Positions 32,739 through 38,619 of a DNA stretch of 38,619 nucleotides are shown here, piece by piece (positions within the stretch are counted from its first letter, which is position 1; each line of letters opens with the position of its first letter). The stretch is taken from positions 1 to 38,619 of the IMG/VR virus record IMGVR_UViG_3300022936_000018; one strand, 5' to 3'. The stretch is from a virus. Taxonomy: Duplodnaviria > Caudoviricetes. A program made the position numbers and the translations under genes. The notes under the pieces are model-generated. The model ran no database searches and was not told where the DNA came from. It saw nothing but the letters and a program-made list of their open reading frames with translations.

Positions 32739-35168
32739 TTAGAGGGCGAGCGCCAACGGCTTGATCGAGCGGTCATCAAAGGAGTACCCCGACCAGATGG
32801 CATCCTGCTGGTCATAGCTGAGCCCGCTGTAGACGGTGTCTATGTCGTTGAGGGTGACGTGGCGTACGGCAGTGACCGTGGACTCGACAAGGCCGAATTG
32901 CACTGACCGGATGCGGTATCGGGAATCCTCCGCGTAAAAGAGGGAGCCTGCTGTGAGGCCGAAACCGTTGAGGTCGGCTGTAGGAATTTTGAATGTCACC
33001 TCGACGGCGACACCTGAGATGTCCTCGATCGCTGCCGGGGTGATCTTCGCCACCTGTGTGATGTCGGCTATGGCGAAGCTATTGATCGTCCGCGCCACAA
33101 GGGTCGTCGTCTTCGTTGGGTCCGCTCCGGTGTCGAAGGTATACGGCTGGGGGTCGGTGAACGTGCCCGAGCCCGTCAGCGTGAGCGCCGCGCGGCCTGT
33201 GGTGCCGAGTGAGTCCGCGAATGCGAAAGGCCCGGTGTAACCGCTGATCGCGGAAGCCGGGCCTTGGAGGGTGAACTTCACCTGCCCGGGACTATCACCC
33301 AAGGAAGGAATCACAGCACCGCCCGCAGCCTCCCATGTGGCTGCAGGAACGTTCGCACCTGTAGAGTCCAAAACGTAGTACTGGCCGGGAAGCACAGGCA
33401 GCGCAGTGCCTGGCACTAACGGGAAGACTTCGACCGGGTAATTGCGGGTGTTCACGGTGACTGTCGCAGTCTGCCCAACATCGATCTGGAACCGGGTGTT
33501 CTGGGTGGATGCGTCGAAGACGATACCGCCACCCGCACGCGGGTTCTGCGCGTAGATGACGATCTGCTGCCCGCCGAAGATGTTGGACGGGGTGATCTTC
33601 AATGGGCTGTGGTTGGTGATCGAAACTGTGCGCGACCCAATGTCGGCCACTCGGATCACGTTGCCGTCCGGGTATATCTCCACCTGGAACGCAGTGCAGA
33701 TTTCCTTGAGCTTCGTCCACACGTCATCCGACCACCCGGGGAAAACCACGACAGGATCTACGGCGGCATCGTAGGAGTACGTCATCCCACCGAGGGTTTC
33801 GTCGCAGTCCCGCAGGTACCCCTCGATCGCATCCGAAAGGGTAACGTCGGTCCAGTCGAACGAGGTAACCCGATTAACACCGAAGACGTTCACCTCCGCG
33901 CCAGCAGCATCAGGGAACAGCACAACAACTTCGCCAGTGGTCTTGACTGCCTGCGCGTAGCTTGAAAAAACGAGGGGAGCAACGGGGTAGCCCGAATACC
34001 AGCGATTGTCTTCAACCGGATGCCCGGTAGAGAGGGCGTAGTGCACCAGGTAGTTGCTTTGCCCCCAGCTCGCCCATATCCCAGTCGCATCAACAGCGAT
34101 GCCCTTTATGCCGCTATCTGTACCTGCGGGAGCTGCAAGAGTCCACGTGTTCTGAGCGACTAGAGAAGTATTGAATGAACGAATAGTGCCTACTGCACCA
34201 GCAGTGAAGCTTGTAAGCAAGGAGGCATACAAAACGTCGGTAGATGAGAAAGCCAGCTTGCGGATCGGGTTTACCGCACTAAACCCACTAACTGACACCT
34301 TATCGACGTATGTAACGGTGGTGCCGGAAACAGTGAATTTCTGAATGCGCGCATTCTCGCTGTCGGCGGCGTAAAGAACCCCAGTCGAGTCGTAGGCAAC
34401 AGAAATTGGCACTGTGCTGCCGAACTGCCCGTTGCCGGTTCCGGTGGTTCCGGTCTTCGTGGAATAAGTGTAAAGCGTGCGCCCTGCGTTTGGAGTGAAA
34501 ATCTGAACGCGAGAATTGATGCCATCACCGACTGCCACTGACCCATCCACCGGAGAAACGGCAATGGTAGTCCTGCCTCCGAAGTAGCCATTAGCTGAGC
34601 CGGACTCGCCACCACCGACACCTGCAGTCACCAAGCCACCGAATTGGGTGACGTAATTTCCGTCAGAGTCGTACTTCACGACAAGGTACTTCTCTACGAA
34701 AGAACCCGGCAGGTTGATGCCCGAAAAAGAGGTGACGAAAATGGAGTCGTCGTAGGGGTCAATTGCAATGTCATAGGGGGTCGCGAGAGTGCCAACACCA
34801 GTTCCGTACGAAGAAGAACCGATCGGGCCGGTAAATAGCGGATCACCAGCGTTGAACCACACCGGGTCTACCGTCCGGTCTGCGACGAGGAAGTTGAGTT
34901 TGCCTGCCACGTCCAGGTGCGCGGTCAGGCCTTGGACAGGGGAGCCGATGACATTCCCCTTGAACGTGCCGGCCACGGTGTCAGTGATGGTGATGTCGTT
35001 GTCGGTGGCGAACAGTGAGGTTGAGGTGGCCCCCGCATCAATGCTGGCCGAGCCGACCGAGCCCGACGTGTCACCCAAGGCGGCAGGGGTGCAGTCCTGG
35101 GAGACCACCCAACCGGGCTTGATGTCGCCGACCAAACCCGAGCCGACCATCGCGACACTAAGCGCCAT
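32739..35168 (-). CDS. Minor tail (hub/tip) protein with inserted NHL-repeat beta-propeller
   Basis: Follows the distal tail gene; NHL-like repeats (PYDIAID, GDGINSRVQIF, GTGNGQF...ADSENARIQKF); start at 35168 from the GGAG RBS, though the frame is open to 35252. Confidence 0.75.
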   Translation of the reverse strand: MALSVAMVGSGLVGDIKPGWVVSQDCTPAALGDTSGSVGSASIDAGATSTSLFATDNDITITDTVAGTFKGNVIGSPVQGLTAHLDVAGKLNFLVADRTVDPVWFNAGDPLFTGPIGSSSYGTGVGTLATPYDIAIDPYDDSIFVTSFSGINLPGSFVEKYLVVKYDSDGNYVTQFGGLVTAGVGGGESGSANGYFGGRTTIAVSPVDGSVAVGDGINSRVQIFTPNAGRTLYTYSTKTGTTGTGNGQFGSTVPISVAYDSTGVLYAADSENARIQKFTVSGTTVTYVDKVSVSGFSAVNPIRKLAFSSTDVLYASLLTSFTAGAVGTIRSFNTSLVAQNTWTLAAPAGTDSGIKGIAVDATGIWASWGQSNYLVHYALSTGHPVEDNRWYSGYPVAPLVFSSYAQAVKTTGEVVVLFPDAAGAEVNVFGVNRVTSFDWTDVTLSDAIEGYLRDCDETLGGMTYSYDAAVDPVVVFPGWSDDVWTKLKEICTAFQVEIYPDGNVIRVADIGSRTVSITNHSPLKITPSNIFGGQQIVIYAQNPRAGGGIVFDASTQNTRFQIDVGQTATVTVNTRNYPVEVFPLVPGTALPVLPGQYYVLDSTGANVPAATWEAAGGAVIPSLGDSPGQVKFTLQGPASAISGYTGPFAFADSLGTTGRAALTLTGSGTFTDPQPYTFDTGADPTKTTTLVARTINSFAIADITQVAKITPAAIEDISGVAVEVTFKIPTADLNGFGLTAGSLFYAEDSRYRIRSVQFGLVESTVTAVRHVTLNDIDTVYSGLSYDQQDAIWSGYSFDDRSIKPLALAL

Positions 35169-35261
35169 GACGACCACTCCAACGGCGAGCAGAACATGCA
35201 GTCGCACAGATTTCATTTTCATGGGTGGACAACCTACTCTCCCCCCAACCAAATAAATAGG

Positions 35262-36173
35262 TCACAGCACTTCCTCGAGCGTTGTCGAGATCGCTTTCTT
35301 AGGTGGGTAGATGAAGTCGTAGTCCTCGATGATCGCGTCATCCGCGAAGTCAAGGGTCGTGTGACCTTCGCCCGGCATGTGATGCCCAGTCAGCGTCGGG
35401 GTGATGCCCGTGGTCCATAGTTGCCCCATCAAAGAGATCGGGGTCAGCGTCGATGCGGCCGAGGAAGTGCGGGTGTAGAAGATGCGAGCCCAGTTGTAGG
35501 ACGCCCCAGAAACAGTGGCGTTCATGCGGGTAGAGCTCGTCTCACCGATGAGTGTCAGGTTCGCCGTCGCTCCTGGAGTGGTGGCACCGTTCACCCACGA
35601 TTCGACCCTGACCACAGCGGTTCCGGTCGACGCGCCGGTGCAGCCGAGGTGCAGGGTGTGTGTGGGCGGGATGGGGATGTCGATGTAGGGGATCGTCGCA
35701 TCCGTCAAAGGGGTGGCACCCGATGCGGTGGTGATGGCGAACGTCGCCTTGCGGGGCGGCTGGTTGTAGGAGTTCGCCGCTGTGTCCGCGAACGTCGGCT
35801 CGGCAGCACCGGTGTTGTACCAGTCCAGCTCCACCCGCGCCGGCTCAGACCAGCCTGCAGGGAAGACGTTCGTCTCGAAGGCGTAGTAGTCGCCGAACCG
35901 CCACTTGCGGACTCCGTAGAAACCCGATGCGGCCTTGTTGTACACCTGGTATCCGTCGATCGCCTTGGACTCGCCCAGCGCGGTGATGGTGTACACCTTC
36001 GAGAACCGGCTCGAGCGGGATCGCGCGCGCGCCCCGTTCTCATAGACGGCACCCTCGCTGTAGCCCTCGTTTCGGACGCTGATGCCCCGCAGCGGGGCTG
36101 GTGCCCACTGGAAGAACCCACCCGCAGTTCGGTCGGTCCAGCCGAACCAGATGTGCGTGTAGATGTCGGCCAT
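35262..36173 (-). CDS. Minor tail protein (distal-tail position)
   Basis: 303 aa directly after tape measure (TGATG coupling). Confidence 0.7.
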   Translation of the reverse strand: MADIYTHIWFGWTDRTAGGFFQWAPAPLRGISVRNEGYSEGAVYENGARARSRSSRFSKVYTITALGESKAIDGYQVYNKAASGFYGVRKWRFGDYYAFETNVFPAGWSEPARVELDWYNTGAAEPTFADTAANSYNQPPRKATFAITTASGATPLTDATIPYIDIPIPPTHTLHLGCTGASTGTAVVRVESWVNGATTPGATANLTLIGETSSTRMNATVSGASYNWARIFYTRTSSAASTLTPISLMGQLWTTGITPTLTGHHMPGEGHTTLDFADDAIIEDYDFIYPPKKAISTTLEEVL

Positions 36174-38194
36174 CAGTAAGCCCCCAGAGCGGCGAGCTTG
36201 CCGCTGCCGGTGTTGTTGTTGGATGCGACCTGTTCGGGGAGGAGGAACCCGGGCTGGATGTGAGACACCGCATCTGTCAGGGTGCGGACTAGGCCACGCA
36301 GTTGCGGGTCGGGCGTGTACCCCTGGTCTGCTGAAGATGCTGCAGTTGCAGTCACAACCGTCGCGCGCGCCGTGGTGGCCAGAGAGCCTTGGAATCCGTC
36401 AGTGACCTGCGAGGAGAGGTCGGACATGATGCCGTTCAGGTTGTTCGGGCCCGTGAGTCCCTGCTCGAGCCCCTGGATCAGGTAGTCGCCGATACCGGCG
36501 AACACCTTCGACGGGGACTTGATGCCGAGGAAGGCCTTGATGTTCTTGAGGATCCCGGAGAAGAACCCCTTGATCTGATTCCACAGCCAATCGGCTGTCC
36601 CCTTGATCCCAGACCACAACCCATTGATGAGCTGCACACCCACGTTCGCGAGCTGCGCGATGGTCGTCGGGTTCGTGAACGCCCCCACAAGCCCGGTAAT
36701 GATCTGGGGGATCGCCTTAACCAAAGTTTGAATAATTGTCGGAAGTGCGCCTATCAGACCAAGGAAAAGTTTGATTCCGGCATCGATGATTTTGGGCAGA
36801 GAGGAGAGAGTTGCACTGACGACCGAGGAGATTATTAGCGGCAGTGCGGCGACAATTCCTGAGATAATCTCAGGAAGTGCGGTAACGAGCGATAGCAGTA
36901 AATCGACTCCTGTGTCAATGATTTGTGGGATCGCGGACACAAAAAAATTGACCAGACTGAGTATCAACTGCGGCAGCGCAGCTATCAAAAACGGTATAGC
37001 CTGGATGATCCCGGTCGCCAACCCGGTCACTAACTGCAACGCTGCAGTCAATATCAGGGGAAGATTGGCTATCAAAGCCTTCGCCAGCCCGACGATCGCG
37101 GAGACGGCAGCGGGAATCAAAGTGGGCAGCGCCTTAGCCACACCATTGACAAGCGCCACGAGAACCTTCGCGCCCGCATCAAGGAGCATCGGCAGTTGGC
37201 CGAGCAAAGTGACGACGAACGCGGCAAGAATGGGGACGGCGGACTCGATCAGCGACGGTGCCTGAGCGGCAATCCCGGTGATGATCGAGGAGACCACCGA
37301 CGTTCCGACCTCGAGGAATTTCGGGAGGATTCCGATGAGGAACTGTGCTGCATTGCCGAACACCGCACCAATCGCCGGGGCAGCCTTCGACAGGTCGCCG
37401 TCCGCATCCAGCACGGCCTTCGTGAAAGTCCCCAGCAAACCGGAACCCTGATCGCCGAGCTCCTGTAGGACCGGCATGAGGGTCAGGCCGAGGGCGTTCT
37501 TCGCCGCATCCGCGCCGGCAGAGAGACGGTCGAGCGCGTCATCGACACTCCCCAGTTTTGTCAACTGCTCACCGGAGAGCACCGCCCCCGCATCCCGAGC
37601 CTGCTGCGCGAGTTCCGCGAGGGAGCCCGCCGACCCGTCGATGAGGGGGTTCAGCTCGGTCGCGGACTTCCCCAGCAGTTGCATCGCGAGAACGTCGCGC
37701 TCGGCAGGGTTGGAGACCTGCCCGAGGGCGGCGATCACCTCGCTGTACACCTGTGTGGAGTCGCGGAGGTTCCCATTCGCATCCGTCGACGCGACACCCA
37801 GCTTCTCGAAAGCCGCAGCAGTCGTCTTGTTGCCCGCCGCCGCCGTGCCCATGTTCTTCGTCAGCTTCGTCAGCGACCCCGAGATGGTCTCGAATGAGAC
37901 ACCCGTGATCTTCGACGCGTACTGCAGCTCCTGCACCGCATCCGTGGAGAGGTGCGTCTGGGAGGCGGCGAGTTGCACATTCTCCGCGTACTCCGCAGCG
38001 CCCTTAGTCGCCGCCGTCAGTCCCACAACTGCCCCGAGGGCGGCAGTACCCAAAGCGGCTATCCCGACAGCGGCAGCCTTCCCAATCCCACCGAGCACAC
38101 CGGACATACCAGAGGCTTTGTCTTCGACCGCGTTGATGCCAGAGATCGCGCCCTTGGGGTCAACGATCAGGTCGATGGTTACGCCACGGGCCAC
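36173..38194 (-). CDS. Tape measure protein
   Basis: 673 aa, Ala/Gly-rich, amphipathic repeats, FLGIKSPSKVF motif. Confidence 0.93.
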   Translation of the reverse strand: MARGVTIDLIVDPKGAISGINAVEDKASGMSGVLGGIGKAAAVGIAALGTAALGAVVGLTAATKGAAEYAENVQLAASQTHLSTDAVQELQYASKITGVSFETISGSLTKLTKNMGTAAAGNKTTAAAFEKLGVASTDANGNLRDSTQVYSEVIAALGQVSNPAERDVLAMQLLGKSATELNPLIDGSAGSLAELAQQARDAGAVLSGEQLTKLGSVDDALDRLSAGADAAKNALGLTLMPVLQELGDQGSGLLGTFTKAVLDADGDLSKAAPAIGAVFGNAAQFLIGILPKFLEVGTSVVSSIITGIAAQAPSLIESAVPILAAFVVTLLGQLPMLLDAGAKVLVALVNGVAKALPTLIPAAVSAIVGLAKALIANLPLILTAALQLVTGLATGIIQAIPFLIAALPQLILSLVNFFVSAIPQIIDTGVDLLLSLVTALPEIISGIVAALPLIISSVVSATLSSLPKIIDAGIKLFLGLIGALPTIIQTLVKAIPQIITGLVGAFTNPTTIAQLANVGVQLINGLWSGIKGTADWLWNQIKGFFSGILKNIKAFLGIKSPSKVFAGIGDYLIQGLEQGLTGPNNLNGIMSDLSSQVTDGFQGSLATTARATVVTATAASSADQGYTPDPQLRGLVRTLTDAVSHIQPGFLLPEQVASNNNTGSGKLAALGAY

Positions 38195-38197
38195 GGT

Positions 38198-38362
38198 TCA
38201 CCTCTTCTTCTTTCGTAGTCGGGCGATCTCATCGGCGACATCAAGGAACGCCTTGTGCTCAATCGAGGTGAGGGCGAACCATGACGCGACGGGCTGGTTG
38301 GTGGCCGCACACCACCAAGCGGCTAGTTCTGCATCGTCGTAGACGGCGGCGAGACGAAATCC
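38198..38362 (-). CDS. Tail assembly chaperone -1 frameshift extension
   Basis: Slippery G-GAT-TTC at 38356-38362; the -1 frame reads RLAAVYDDAELAAWCAATNQPVASWFALTSIEHKAFLDVADEIARLRKKKR* and ends 3 nt before the tape measure start. Confidence 0.75.
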   Translation of the reverse strand, partial: GFRLAAVYDDAELAAWWCAATNQPVASWFALTSIEHKAFLDVADEIARLRKKKR

Positions 38363-38619
38363 ACGGCTGCCTGCACCTCCGGGGTGGGCTCCTCGAACAG
38401 CGCTTCGATCTGTGTAATCGTCAGTGACATCGACTTCTCGTATGCGGCCTGCACGGGCAGGTGCTCACGCTCGCGGAACCACGCGAATGCGATCGCGTAG
38501 TTCGCCGATACTTCGTCCTGCTCAGAGATCCGGTTGATGTTGTTGCCGAACTTCTCGATGATCTCTCGGTAGGTCTGTCCGGTAACTCCGGACTTCATAC
38601 ATTCCATGCCAGTCGTCAT
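38323..38619 (-). CDS. Tail assembly chaperone (short form)
   Basis: Directly upstream of tape measure; start also present at 152 with GAAAGG upstream. Confidence 0.75.
   Translation of the reverse strand: MTTGMECMKSGVTGQTYREIIEKFGNNINRISEQDEVSANYAIAFAWFREREHLPVQAAYEKSMSLTITQIEALFEEPTPEVQAAVDFVSPPSTTMQN
38468..38619 (+). repeat. Terminal direct repeat copy 2
   Basis: Matches 1-152 with 2 mismatches; lies inside the tail chaperone gene. Confidence 0.95.

Larger units (their letters stand above)
1..38619. mobile_element. Complete temperate siphovirus genome (excised/circular form, intact attP)
   Basis: Full set of packaging, head, tail, lysis, integration, immunity and replication genes; overlapping ends; no host genes; attP core with arm repeats on both sides. 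Confidence 0.95.

Noticed and set aside
1-38619. Alternative genetic code or stop-codon reassignment
   Set aside because: Core genes are intact under code 11 and end in TAA, TAG and TGA

Overview
A complete, circularly permuted temperate siphovirus genome of about 38.47 kb. Bases 1-152 repeat at 38468-38619 with 2 mismatches. The host is a high-GC actinobacterium, probably non-mycolate and Microbacteriaceae-like (inference). Almost all genes are on the minus strand. The late operon starts at a sigma70-like promoter near 10.7 kb. It runs through a long structured leader with an aberrant tRNA-like RNA, a glycosyltransferase-like gene, a cytidylyltransferase, HNH, terminase, portal, protease, capsid, tail tube, a two-domain glycosyltransferase and the neck genes. 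It continues across the junction to the tail chaperone (-1 frameshift), tape measure, tail tip, M23 endolysin and holin. The lysogeny module has attP (3' half of tRNA-Thr(CGT) with 4 arm repeats), a lipoprotein, six small genes, a tyrosine integrase and a divergent repressor/Cro switch. The early operon has an Xis-like gene, an LPXTG surface protein, three DNA methyltransferases, a RecE-like nuclease, HNH, a replication initiator and many coupled small genes. The most unusual signals are: (1) a ~550-nt multi-stem late leader ending in a tRNA scaffold whose anticodon loop is replaced by a 48-nt insert with a second T-arm; (2) a split, putative virion-glycosylation pathway; (3) a sortase substrate in the early operon; (4) methyltransferases sharing a conserved C-terminal tail with clamp-binding-like motifs. 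All calls come from reading motifs by eye; no database searches were run.
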